From contig NW_015169926.1 in assembly GCF_001447785.1 (NCBI RefSeq), forward strand, positions 23,558 to 83,883: DNA of 60,326 bases, written 5' to 3'. Below the pieces are notes generated by a model. It was not told where the DNA came from. It saw nothing but the letters and a program-made list of their open reading frames with translations, and did not search any database. A program made the position numbers and the translations under genes. This DNA comes from Gekko japonicus. Lineage: Eukaryota. Shown here piece by piece: positions 1 through 12,740 of this stretch (the stretch's first letter is position 1; the number at the start of each line of letters is the position of its first letter).

Positions 1-383
1 CTGAGATAGAAGGGAAAAAGGAATAGATCCACAAAGGAAGGAGCCAGGGACTTTTTTCTTTTAATGAAAATGGGGAACTCAGAGATCCTCCTCGACCTAT
101 CATTACAGCAATATTCTAATGCCATTTTTAAAAGGATGTGGGTTTTGTGCATCACTNNNNNNNNNNNNNNNNNNNNNNNNNNNNNNNNNNNNNNNNNNNN
201 NNNNNNNNNNNNNNNNNNNNNNNNNNNNNNNNNNNNNNNNNNNNNNNNNNNNNNNNNNNNNNNNNNNNNNNNNNNNNNNNNNNNNNNNNNNNNNNNNNNN
301 NNNNNNNNNNNNNNNNNNNNNNNNNNNNNNNNNNNNNNNNNNNNNNNNNNNNNNNNNNNNNNNNNNNNNNNNNNNNNNNNNNC

Positions 384-970
384 TCCCTTTCTCACAATAC
401 AAGAACTCGTGGGCACTCCATGAAATTGCTGAGCGGTCGGGTTAGAACAGATAAAAGGAAGTACTTCTTTACCCAAAGAGTGATTAACACATGGAATTCA
501 CTGCCACAGTAAGTGGTGGCGACTACAAGCATGGACGGCTTCAAAAGGGAATTAGACAAGCATATGGAGCAGAGGTCCATCAGTGGCTATTAGCCACAAG
601 GTATAGATAGGGGCTCTGGGGCAAGTGTTGCACAACAGTGGGAGGGCTTCTAATGTCCTGGCCCCACTGGTGGACCTCCTGATGACACCTGGTATTTCTG
701 GCCACTGTGTGACACAGAGTGTTGGACTGGATGGGCCTTTGGCCTGATCCAACATTGGCGTCTCTTATGTTCTTATGTACATGTGTACAGTGGGAGGGCT
801 TTTAATGCCCTGGCCCCACTGGTGGACCTCCTGATGGCACCAGGTATTTTTGGCCACTGTGGTGGACCTCCTGATGGCAACTGGTATTTTTGGCCACTGT
901 GTGACAGAGTGTTTGACTGGATGGGCCTTTGGCCTGATCCAACATTGGCGTCTCTTATGTTCTTATGTAC
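384..970 (+). mobile_element. CR1-clade LINE 3' end with a duplicated 3' UTR
   Basis: RTRGHSMKL..RKYFFTQRVINTWNSLP; (CTTATGTT) tails at ~765-778 and ~953-968. Confidence 0.85.
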
Positions 971-1635
971 ATTTGTGAGTTTCTTTAAAATGGTTGGTAA
1001 GTGTCAGAAGAACAAGGGGGGTGAAAGGGGGAGATGAGTGGGTGAGGTTATTGGTTGGTGATTGAGAGTGTGTGGGCAGAGCTATGAGGTGTGTGTGTCT
1101 GTGTGGAGAGAGAGAAGGCAGAGGGTTCAGTTTGAAGTCAGCAGCCAGCAGCTGTCAGTTGTGGTCAATCTGCACAGAGTCTGAGACATAGTCTTCTAAC
1201 TAGAATCATATAGAAGTGCTGTGAAAGGCATTAAGATTCTAAAGGAGGAAGAAAATATACTTGAGGGGGCATATTAGGAAAAACCCAATATAGTCAGAGT
1301 ATTTTAAGAATGTGAGGGGGAAAAGCTGACAGAGACCTGAATACGAAGGGAACAATTTTACTGAGCAACTTAATGAAACATCTTGTAGCCAATATGCTTC
1401 TTCTACAAATAAAGTTTTATCTTGTTTATTGCTAACCCAGAGTCTTATCCTCAGAAGCACATAGTCCAACAAAGGAGCCTTAGAGCTTGTCCACAATGCT
1501 GTGGGAAAGGTTAAGTGAAGACTGGAATTATATTCCTGGTGGCAGCATTGCATACATTGAGTGAGAGAAAGAAACAACAAGGAATTTAAAGCCACATCAC
1601 ACCTAACCACATGAAATAAGGGAGAGGTACCATCA

Positions 1636-1798
1636 CTAGTTCCAGCTCCTGCCAACCTAGCAGTTTGAAAGCAAGAAATTGCAAGTAGATAAATAGGTAC
1701 CGCTTCGGTGGGAAGGTAGCAGCGTTCCGTGCGCCTTGGTGTTTAGTCATGCCGGCCACATGACCACGGAAACATCTTTAGACAGCGCTGGCTCTTCA
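1636..1798 (+). mobile_element. Sauria SINE fragment
   Basis: Matches 28062-28225. Confidence 0.8.
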
Positions 1799-2145
1799 GG
1801 GTTGCCTTCTTTGGGACAATCCTTTAGGGCAACCTGCTGCCAGTGCTCCAGAGGTGTCTAGAAATCAGCATCGCATGGAAAGCAGATGAGTGTTGGGTAG
1901 GGCTTTCCTACTGATGGTTCCTCACTCTCCGGAAGCAGGCAAACTGATGACCATTGAGGGAGGAGGACCAGCAGGGGGAAGTCTCTTCCATCTTCACCTT
2001 CCCCTCTCCTTCCCCTCTGCTAGCTCTACATATTTCTGGCTAGGGAACCTGTGAGAACCCGAAAGCATCCAAAACAATTCATTCTAACATCTTAGAGTCA
2101 AGCGTACAGCAGAATCTGGACCATTGAACTAGAAGCATTCACCTT

Positions 2146-3090
2146 TCATGGAGACATCAGAGCAGACATCTGAACTGGGGGACGCCCACCGTTCTCCTCC
2201 TCCTTGAAAACCCTCTGTAGTATCACCTTCAGACTCTCCCTAGTTCGACTCCTTTTCTTCCTCCCAATCAGGAAATAGATGACTGGGTTCACACTGCTGT
2301 TTATGGAGGTACAGAAGAAACCCCAGATGTACAGGTCACGATAGGCGGAAGAATAAAAGTAATTGAGGATGTAAATGACATTAAATGGAAAGGCAAAAAT
2401 CAGGAAGAAGAGGAGAGAAAGTGAGATGGCCACTAGAAGCTTTCCCCACTTGCGCCGTTGTGATTTAAAGTGGACTTTGATGAACAGAGCCAGAGTCGAG
2501 ATACTCAGAAGCGGGAGGCAAAGAAGGGCATTCATGAAAAAGCACAGCTCCCAATAATCGAACTCCAAATTCCAATGGAGAATGAAGGGGAGTTCACAGA
2601 CCAGTAAAGAGATGACCCATATAATAGTAGAGACAATGGTGGACAGGTGTGGTGGCTGATGGCATCGATGCCAAATTGGGAAGAAGACCAACACACATCT
2701 GTCAATGCCGATGACTGTAAGTAAAAATTGACCAGCAGTGTATGTGACATTGAAGAGCTCGTGGAAGAACCAAACCAAATGCTCAATGTGATATTTGAAG
2801 ACAATTGGAAGCAGATTTGTACCCAGTGCAGCTGTGAGCACACCAAAGTCAGCCACAGCCAAATTGAGAATGTAGGTGGTGAAAGAGCTCCTCTTAATGC
2901 AGAAGCCAAGAAGACAGATGATGATTCCGTTCCCCACAAGTCCCAAAATGCAGACAGAGATGACAATAATTTCTGGAGTATAGTCTCGCGTATACTCTGA
3001 ACGATTTGCGTACGTGGACATAGAATCATATCCCTCGTATTCTTCTCCAGTTTCCACAGTGGAGAGGGGCATCTGGCTTGAATTGCTCAT
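2146..3090 (-). CDS. Mas-related G-protein coupled receptor (MAS1/MRGPR family), paralog A, 314 aa, the most divergent copy
   Basis: 7TM ORF with GLVGNG (TM1), YILNLAVADF (TM2), IGIDRC..FFPIWHRCHQP (TM3/ICL2) and NSSVNPVIYFLIG (TM7). The track start at 3099 is TTG; the first ATG is at 3090. A polypyrimidine tract plus AG acceptor lies at 3145-3170 on the minus strand. Confidence 0.93.
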   Translation of the reverse strand: MSNSSQMPLSTVETGEEYEGYDSMSTYANRSEYTRDYTPEIIVISVCILGLVGNGIIICLLGFCIKRSSFTTYILNLAVADFGVLTAALGTNLLPIVFKYHIEHLVWFFHELFNVTYTAGQFLLTVIGIDRCVLVFFPIWHRCHQPPHLSTIVSTIIWVISLLVCELPFILHWNLEFDYWELCFFMNALLCLPLLSISTLALFIKVHFKSQRRKWGKLLVAISLSLLFFLIFAFPFNVIYILNYFYSSAYRDLYIWGFFCTSINSSVNPVIYFLIGRKKRSRTRESLKVILQRVFKEEENGGRPPVQMSALMSP

Positions 3091-3261
3091 TGTGCTCAAA
3101 CTCTCCTTCGGAGGCTCTTGTCTCCTCTCGTCCTCTATATACCCCTGATAGGGAAAAAGAAAGAGGGATGTTCTGTTACTCCTACAGAGTTAAACAAATG
3201 GCACAGCTGAAGTCCCCCCCTTGTGCATCTGATCTCAGATACTGAATCAGTTTGACAACTT

Positions 3262-3500
3262 GTTGTGTGTGTTATGTGGTGTCACGTTGCTTCTGACTCA
3301 TGGTGACCCTATCAATTAATGATCTCCAAGATGTTCTGTCGTTAACAGTTTTGCTCAGGTCTTGCAAACCGAGGGCCTTTGTGGCTTCCTTTTTTAAGTC
3401 CATCCACCTCCTGTTGGGTCTTCCTCTTTTCCTGCCTCCTTCAACATTTCCTAGCATTATTGTCTTTTCCAGTGAGTCTTATCTTCTCGTGAGGTGACAG
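3262..3500 (-). mobile_element. RTE-clade LINE 3' end
   Basis: MLGNVEGGRKRGRP..RWMD..DRTSWR with a CA-rich tail. Confidence 0.8.
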
Positions 3501-4061
3501 AAGTAAGACAGCCACATACGATGGCTGCAACTTGACAGCACTTTACGCACACACAGGGGGGCCAGGACGTCCTGGATGGTCCCTCCATTCCCCATCATTA
3601 ACAGGCCAGTCGGGGGGGGGGGATAGACATTCCCCCTAGTGTTGCAGAGACATTTCCCGCACAATTCAGAAGTAACACCAAAAAGGTCTAGAATCAAGAT
3701 CTAGATGGGAAGGAAGCACAATAAAGTGCACTATGTTCTTCTGCCTTATCTGAATGTCAGTTTAAAACAAAAAGGGGTAAGGGCAGGGGAGAGCGAGAAA
3801 GAATTGCTTCTAATGGTCATATGCTTGAGAGAAAGAGATAGGAAGATGATTGCGTTTGCTCAGTTTGATAGCCAGAATCTTCTAGACTCACATGATGCAG
3901 CTCCATATAGAGAGAGATTAGGAAAGTCTAAGAACTGTAGAATGGGTAAGGTTTGTTTACTCCTGTAGACCTACCAGAATGTCACTGGACAGGAGACATT
4001 TGCGTTTTCCAATTATTTTTATCCATCTCCAGGTTTTAAAATCATCTACACATTACAAAGT

Positions 4062-4400
4062 CATAAGAACATGTGAACATAAGAGAAGCCAATGTTGGAT
4101 CAGGCCAATGGCCCATCCAGTCCAAAACTCTGTTGTCACACAGTGGCCAAAAATACCAGGTGCCATCAGGAGGTCCAGCAGCGGGGGCCAGGACACTAGA
4201 AGACCTCCCACTGTTGCCCCCCCAGCACCAAGAATACAGAGCATCCCTTGCCCCAGCCCGAGAGTTCCTATCTATACCTTGTGGCTAATAACCACTGATG
4301 GACTTCTGTTACATATGCTTATCTAATTCCCTCTTGAAGCTGTCCATGGTTGTAGCCGCCGCCACCTCCTGTAGCAGTGAATTCCATGTGTTAATCACTC
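4062..4400 (-). mobile_element. CR1-clade 3' end (same family as 384-970)
   Basis: Reverse-complement match to 480-778, including the tail. Confidence 0.85.
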
Positions 4401-5771
4401 TTTGGATGATTTTGTTTCCTGGGGAACCATATGAGGGTTTTGCATGTCATATGTACCAACCCAGATATAAACACCATACAATAACTGGGTTACAGATTTA
4501 GCCTTCCATACATGAATGGCCTCAGGGACATGTTGACCACCATGAATGTTAAAAAAAGGTATCATAGCAGTATTGGGATATTTGGTCAATACAGAAAAGT
4601 TTCCCCAATCATAGAAGCAGGACAATGAGTGCAGTAAATCAATATCCCAAGGAGAATGTTGCAAAAAAGGTAAACTTACATGTATTCAAGTCGATTCGGT
4701 TCACATTCAGGTTGTAGACAAATGAAGAGAGAAAAGCCTAACCTAAAGAGTACTGGACACTGGATCTACAGGAGAGTCCTATAGAGACATTTGTCTCCAT
4801 GGAAGGCCATGTGGAGGAAATGAGAGGACAAAGCGAGCGAGAGGGAAGGGGTCAGAGGGCAGCTCCCAGGTTAAGGCAAAGAGAGATATCCTATTCAAAG
4901 AGACAACAACTAGGAACCCTTAGAGTGATGTACCCCCCACCCAATGTCCAGGCATGCTGAGTTGCTCCCTCCAACAAATAGACAAGGTAAGTGCTTATTT
5001 TCATTGGATTGACCAGCCTTTATAATATTAAACATTTATTCCCAAATAGCTGGTATGGTATTGGCTCCACTGCACAACACCCATTTCTTCCATGACTACA
5101 GTGGAGCCAGTCTGAGCTCCACGGGGGAGTTTGGAGTCTAAAACTGGTTTGCCATGTATTCTGTGGGTACAAACAGAAAAATGCTGACAGGCACAAAATT
5201 CCCATTGCACATTTAATACACATCCCTCAGCAAAAATGAGGAGCCTGTAGATACACATACCTGTGAAGGAACAGCTTTCTTCAGGTATGGTGACTGGTAG
5301 CCATCTTGGTCTATGGTAGAACAGCTAGATTTGAGTCCAGTAGCACCTTAGAGACCAATAGGATTTCCAGGGTAGGAACTTTCAAGAGTCAAAGCTCTCT
5401 TCAGGAGATCCCATGGATTTCCACTCCATGCAGCTGAATCTGGTGCCGTCAATGGAGACAGTTTCCGAGGTTAGCCTTGTTGAGTGGAAGATGGCAACTG
5501 TCCATCGTCCTGGGCTGGAATGACGGCAGACTTGCAGATAGACCTTTCCAGTTCCAGCTGAGGAGGGGAAGTGTCTGCTGTTCTCCAAGCTCAGTTCAAA
5601 TGGTATAAAACATCTTACAGTTAGCTTGATAATATCATATGAGAAAATGTTCTTATCTTAGATGTTAAGACAGCCTTCAGCAGCAGATGGAGACTTTTGC
5701 AATGGGAGCCTGATGGCCTAAAAAGGCACTGTGAACCCAGATCTGAAGAAAAGTATTTCTTTGTTATGCTA

Positions 5772-6030
5772 ACATTAAGAACATGAGAACATAAGAGAAG
5801 CCAATGTTGGACCAGGCCAATGGCCCATCCTGTCCAACACTCTGTCACACAGTGGCCAGAAATACCAGGTGCCATCAGGAGGTCCACCAGTGGGACCAGG
5901 ACACCAGAAGCCCTCCCGCTGTTGCCCCCCCAGCACCAAGAATACAGAGCATCACTTGCCCCAGCCCGAGAGTTCCTATCTGATACCTTGTGGCTAATAG
6001 CCAGTGATGGACGTCTGCTCCGTATGCTTT
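5772..6030 (-). mobile_element. CR1-clade 3' end
   Basis: Near-identical to 4062-4320. Confidence 0.85.
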
Positions 6031-9000
6031 CTGCCATTCCATTTCCTTCCTCAATCTCTCCAACCGGATTATCATACTTATAAAATTGTATTGTATATAT
6101 GGGAGAGTTGTTACCTGCCCTGAGCCCATGTAAGGGATGGGTGGGATATAAATGCAATAAATAAATAAATAAATAAAACATGTGAAATAAAAATCCATAC
6201 ACAAATGTCAGAATCGGCAGACGGAAAATAAATCCTGAATCAGGTTGGAGAGTAGGGTTGCCAACCCCAGGTTGGGAAATCCTGAGAGATTTAGGGATGG
6301 AGCCTTGGGAGGGTGGGGTATGAGGAGGGGAGAGGCATTGTCAGTACATACCACCACACAGCCCTCCCTACAAAGCAGCCATTTTCTCCAGGGAAACTGA
6401 TCTCTGTAGCCTGGAGGTTGGTTGTAATTTCGGGAGAACCAAATGAAGAATTTAACTGGGAAGTTCGTTCATGAACCGAATCGGTTCGTAGTTCATCGCC
6501 TAGCAATCCCCATTGAAAGCGACTGCAGGCCTTTAAACGGTTTGCAGAAAGCCAAAAAATACAGCTGAGTGAGGGGGAACAACTTGCTCCTCACCACTGA
6601 GTGGTTTTTGCTGCTTTCGTGGTGAACAGAAAACAGGGGTTTAAAGGGACTCGGAGCCCTTTTAAACCCCTGCTTTCCACTCTATCCATGAACCACCTCA
6701 AATCAACACAAACTGCTTTTTGTCATCTTCGGGGCATTGAACAGGGGTCACTGGGGCCGTGGGGGGAAGTATTCATGAATTTCCTGCATTGTGTAAGGGA
6801 GTGATGACCCTTTCAACTCTATGATTCTAAAAATTCATGGAAATTCATGATGTTAGATCTGTCATGAACTTAGTTCAAGAACCACAAACAGGGCAAATTC
6901 CTAATGTCATCATTTGGCCCCCCGGAAGAGCTCAACAGCAACTGTAAACACTGGCAAGTGACACCAGACTTATAACTGGCAGGCAGCCAAGAAAGATGCC
7001 ATGCATGGTGGCACTCAGTCAGTGAGAGGGGAAGCTCCAGTGGCAAACAATTGAAGCAGTGCCTCAAGAATGCATTGTCCTACACATGTAAAAGTAGCCA
7101 TTGTTGGAAGGTGCAGGAAAATAACATGGAAAGACACACTGGGTAGTAGATCAGCGTAGATCACTCATCAGGATAACTAGGGTAGTTTGTGAAATATAGC
7201 CAGGCTAGACAATGTATTGAAATTTGTTTAGATAATCGGTTTCAAAAAGGCAAAAGTTTATTGAGGTCATAAGACCAGTCACCATAAATACAGATAAAAA
7301 GGACAATTCAAAATGAATGAATACATAAATAATAGATATATGTGTAAAAGACACACTCATATATGGCTAATCAGTTTCAAACACAAATCTCCAAGACAAA
7401 AAAAAACCCTTAGATTTTTTTGGACAGCAGTCTTTTCAATCTTTTCAATTTCTTGCTTTGTGCAGGGGGTTGGACTAGATGGCCCTGAAGCTCCCTTCCA
7501 ACTCTAGAAGTTCAGGGAAGTTTGTAACTTTATTTGAGAACCACAAACAGGCAAAATTCCTGACAAATTTTGTTTTGTGCTTTGATTTGTGCCCATCCCT
7601 AATCAGGATTCAGAACCATTCACTTCAAGGCACTTCCTATCACATGCAAAGCCCTTCATGGCCTTGGACCCCCATACCTGCAGAACTGCTTCTCCTCCTT
7701 TGCTCTACCACAATAGCTTTGCTCATCTGAGTAGGACCTTCTGGGAGTGCCACCCTGCAAACGGGGAAAAAACAGCAGATCATACATGTCTATAGACTGT
7801 ACTTTTCCTCCTGTGGAACCATTGTTGCCAATCTCCAGGTGGGGGCTGGAGATCACTTGTAATTACAACGGCTCTCCAGATGTCAGAGATCAGTTCTCCT
7901 GGAAAAAATGGTGGACTCTGTGTCATTATACCTTGCTGATATGGTGCAGGGTCTGCCAGACTCAGGTTCTTGCTATGGAAGCTGACTGGGTGATTCGGAC
8001 CACTCACATACTTTCAGCCTAACTTACCTCACAGGATTGTTGTGCAGATCAAAAGAGGGAGAGAAGAATTATGTGAGCTGCTTTGGTCCCCACTGGGGAG
8101 AAAGACTACTTTTCCTAGGTAGAGGTTGCAGGGAGCAGGGAAGAGTTGGAAACCTGAGGTCAGGGGGCAGATAACAGAAGGATGATGGTTGGCTGGGGAG
8201 GAGAGGGGTTGCCAACTCCAGGTTGGGAAATTTCTGGAGATTTGAGGGTGGAGCTTGAATAGACTGGGGTTTGAGAAGGGGTGGGACCTCAGCCAGATCC
8301 ATAGACTCCACCCTCCAAACCAGCCATTTCCTCCCTGGGAACTGTTGTTGCCAATCTCCAGGTGAGGGCTGGAGACCACTCAGAATTACAACTGCTTTTC
8401 AGATGGCAGAGATCAGTTCCCCTGGAGAAAATGGTGGTCTCTATCATTATACCCTGTTGAGATTGCCACAGCAAATTGACACTGAGTGCCCAAGGCTGTG
8501 GCACCCATCTAGTGTATTTATTTCCACAATGGGTCTTATTCCTATTAATATATAAAAGCCAAGCCATGTTGGTGACAACTTACCTACTCTCCCATTGGCC
8601 ACTGGAGAATCTACCTTGGTGCCTATTTGCCCATCCCACCAGCTGTTCCATTCTTATACCCCCACTTCTGATGTGTTGTACCTTGGGAGTTATAGCTCTC
8701 AGCTGGCCTTACTGCAGCCATAGCAAAGGGAATTAGAACTACAGCTCCCAAGCTGGGAGTCCCAAGAGGCTGTGGGGCATTAGCAGAGTGTCAGTTGTAG
8801 TGTTAATCAGTTAAACTGTTCAACAGGAGTTGGGGGGAAAAGCGCAGGACATCTCCCTGAATTACAATTGACCTCCACACTAAAGAGATCTGTCCCCATG
8901 GAGAAAATGGTTGCTTTGGAGGGTGAGCTCTATGGCAGTATACTTCACTAAAGTCCTTCAACTAAAGCCCCCACTAAACCTTCACTAAAGCCCTCCCCTA

Positions 9001-9518
9001 AGTATTGCCAACCTCTAGGAGATCTTCAGCTATTACATTGGAGACAATGGCTGCGTTGGGCAGTGGACTCTGTGACATTATACCCTGCTAAGGTCCCTCC
9101 CCACCCCAAACCCTGCCCTTCCCAAGCTCTACCCCTCAAATCTATGGGTATTTCCCAACCCAGAGTTGGCAAATTTGTACCTGACTACACAACCACTTTC
9201 CAGACCCTTGGAACCCAGAAAAGATGGCATAGGAGGAAGTGCACTCCTACCTTAGCTGCCACTGCATAACCCCAAACCAACATAAGTCAGGGGTAGAGGG
9301 AACCATATCTGTTACCATGTGGCTCTCCTCCCACACTACCCACCTGAGGCAGCAAAATGACTTGAGAAAACCCTGCCTTATAGCTAAGCAAAAGGAGATA
9401 AACATGGTTGGCCTCCCTCTAATTTCCCCTTCCCTCCGCCACCCCACCAACCACAGCCACTCACCTGTAGCCTCTTTCTAGAGCTCATTGTAGTTCTTCC
9501 CACAACAGGCCTTCCTCC

Positions 9519-9607
9519 GTGTGTGTGTATGTATGTATGTGTGTATGTGTGTGTGTGTGTGTGTGTTCGTGTGTGTGTCTTACTCAATTATTTATGTGTG
9601 TGTGTGT
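9519..9607. repeat. (TG)n/(TATG)n microsatellite
   Basis: Read directly from the sequence. Confidence 0.9.
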
Positions 9608-10676
9608 CTTACTCAATTGAGTAAGACGCAGCAGGGACAAAATGCGCTCCGTCAGCCATTGGCCAGCCAGCTGCTGCTCAAGGCTGCTGCCATGCCATTG
9701 GCTGGGAGGTGGGAGGCGAACACTGTGAGTGAACGCCGCAGCCAGGAGCCGGGGAAGGGAGGCTGCAATGCCAGGCAATGGTGCTGGGTTGGGAGTGAAG
9801 GCAGGGACGGCACCAGGAGGGTGCAGCGGTCCCGGAGAACCGGGTTGTCATCGAGGGGGACAGCAGAGACTGGGGATGGTGGAGGAGGAGGTCATTCCCG
9901 ACTGCCCGCCTGGTCCACCTCACTCCAACACCTTCTTCAGAGGCGGGGGCCCTCCACCAGGCCTGCCTTGCCTCCGGGATGGGGGGGGGCGGCCGCGCCG
10001 CCCTTCCCTCACCTGCTGCGGCCGGGGACAGTTAGGCAGCAGCCCCTTCTTCGGGGGACTTCCCTCTTTTGACCTGGGGACAGGGGAGGCGGCTACGACT
10101 CGCTTCCCCCACCTGCTGTGGCTTCGGCAATGGAGGTGGCGGGCCCTTCTTGTAAGGGGGAGCAGGCCAGCCCCCTTCCCCGCTGCCAGGCCTCTCTCTG
10201 GCCGCCGCGCCATGCTTCCCTTGCTCGGAGCAGCCTTCACTGTCCAGGCAGTGGGCCCTGCATTGGGGGAGGGCTCCACTTGCCCTGGCTGTGCTCGGGG
10301 AGGGGTGAGGCCACCACATGGCCCACCCCGGGACAGATTCGGGGGGGCAGCACAGCCCCCTTGCCCCGCAGCGACTGCTCTCCCTAGGGCTCATTGCCTC
10401 TTCCCGCAACGGGCATTCCTCCTAGTATGTATATATATATATAGCCATATATAATTATAAGTTACAATTCTATATATTTTCTAAGCTACAATGTCATATT
10501 TTCCTTTCTGGTTTTCCCCCCTGTTATTGTACACATATACATTTTGATTAAGGGATGTCCCTAACATTTGTAAGATTGACCTAACATTGTGATTTTGACA
10601 ACTATATTTTTATGCTTTCCTCCCCTTTCCCTTCCCCCCCCATTCTGTATCCCTCTAAAAATTCAACTAAAAATCT

Positions 10677-10731
<55 letters not shown>

Positions 10732-10733
10732 AA
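10677..10733. repeat. (GAAA)n microsatellite
   Basis: Read directly from the sequence. Confidence 0.95.
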
Positions 10734-11656
10734 TCTCCTAAAGCCTTGCAAAGCCCCTGTGAATCAGATGACTGGCAGTGTGTAAAATGCATTTCCTGCC
10801 CGCCAGCAAATGAGGCGGTGGGAGGCGAGATTGACACATACCTGTGAAGGATCAGCTTTCTTCAGATATGGTGACTGGAAGAGAGCTTCAGGAGATAGTT
10901 AGTCTGCAGTAGAACAGCTAGTCCAAGAGCCCCTTAGAAACCATCAAGATTTCCATGGTAGGAGCTTTGAAGAGTCAAAGCTTCCTTCCGGAGAACCCAT
11001 GGATTTCCGCTCCATGCAGCTGAAAGTGTTGCCTTCAATAAAGACAGTTTCTGAGGTTAGCCTTGTTGAGTGGAAGATGGCAATCGTCCCTTGTCTTGGG
11101 CTGGAATGGCAGCGGGCTTCCAGATGGACTTTTCCATTTCCCACTGAGAAGGGGAAGCGTCTGCTGTACTCCAAGCTCAGCTCAAATTGTATATGACATC
11201 CTACCGTTAGCTTGATATCATCTGGGGAAAAGTTCTAATCTTAGACATCAAGATAGCCTCCGCCCGAGGCTTATGCCCAAAAAAGGCTTGGTCCTAAAAG
11301 GCTCTGTGGGCCCAGATCCAATGAAACATTTTTTCCCCTTTCATATATTAACATTCTGCCTTTCCGTTCTCAGTCTCTCCAGCTCGATTATTGTGTGAAA
11401 TAAAAAATGAGTTCAAAATGTCAGAATTGTCAGATGGAAAATAAATCTTGAAAAAGGGTGGAGAGGAGGGTTGCCAGCTCCAGGTTGGGAAATTCTTGGA
11501 GATTTGGAGATGGAGCCTGAGGGGGAGGGGCATCGGCAGTCCCGGATTGACAATTAAGCAAGATCAGCACGTGCTTAGGGCATCAGCGGAAGGGGGGCAC
11601 CACAGAGGTTTCCCCCCTAGCTTTCCTGCCCTTAACTCTATCACCGCCACCCTCGA

Positions 11657-11759
11657 CTATGTAGGGCTATCTTTCGGCTATGCTCCTGCAGAGTGCAGGT
11701 GGGTTGGACTAGATGACCTGCTAGATCCCTTCTAACTCTAACATTCTATGATTCTATGA
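11657..11759 (+). mobile_element. CR1 3' terminus
   Basis: Matches 39453-39550; (ATTCTATG)2 tail. Confidence 0.8.
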
Positions 11760-12298
11760 CTTCAGTCAATTTTTGTGATTGTCCTTATCGGCTTTGTTCT
11801 ACTTTAAAGGTGTTGTCGGAGATCACATTTTGCTTCCATCTTGTCAGTTAAGTCATGGAAGGGCCAACGGGCACCATTGTGGGGCTTTCTTTAGTGCATC
11901 AGTTGGCCTTAATCCCGCCCTAGGGATGTTGCATCTCCGGTGGTGCAGAGCAGAACTGCCGAAAAAGGGAGTGCTCTGATGGTTCCTTTTTTTGGGGGGG
12001 GGGCTGGCTGGCTTCTTTTGACTTGGTGAGGGGAACATATCTGGATTCCAGTTTCTTATGGCAGGGAAGAAGGAATACAAAAGAACAATCCTGTCATTCT
12101 AAGGCCATTCTCCTCAGTTGAAGTTGGGTTGTGCCTTGCCAAAGGATAGTGGGGGGCTGTCTAGAGACAGAGAATTCATTTTAAAACTTTGACACAGAAC
12201 TGTCATAACTCTACAGATTTTCCTTATATGTCATTTAAGTACAATGGAATCTGCCTGTGAGAAAGAAAGCAGCTTTTGGCCCTTGGAATGGGCATCAC

Positions 12299-12739
12299 CA
12301 GGGGTCATTTCCTGCAGGAGCGCACAGGAGCGGAGCTCCAGCAGTAAAGAGCCCAGGGGGCGGGCACATGCAACAAGCCACACCCCCTGCTCCCAGAAGC
12401 CCTCAGTCAGACCAAGAAGAAGCCAGGTAAGCTGCAGAGCCCCCCCCCCCACCCCCTGCTCCCAGAAGCCCTCAGTCAGACCAAGAAGAAGCCAGGTAAG
12501 CTGCAGAGCCCCCGGTCCAAAACAGTCCAGTGGCACCTTTAAGACCAGGTTTTATTCAGGTACAAGCTCACCCTCCTCTGTGATAACAGATCTGCATGTC
12601 CCCCCCCCCAATAGCTAGCAATCCAAAACAGTCCAGTGGAGCCTGCGCTGTGGGTGTTGCCTTCTGACACACTTCCGGTGAGGTCAGGGTGTGTGGCATA
12701 TGCAAATGAGCTCCTACACCTCTTTTTCTGCGAAATGAC
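12299..12739. mobile_element. hAT-like MITE at the stop codon of paralog B, with an internal ~71-bp tandem duplication
   Basis: TIR CAGGGGTCATTTC / GAAATGAC (right end clipped); ATCAC duplicated at both sides; absent in paralogs C, D and E. Confidence 0.75.
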
Positions 12740-12740
12740 A

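Noticed and set aside
9521-10454. 183-241 aa Gly/Pro/Arg-rich ORFs
   Set aside because: Expected from stop-poor GC-rich sequence, open on both strands, with no motifs.
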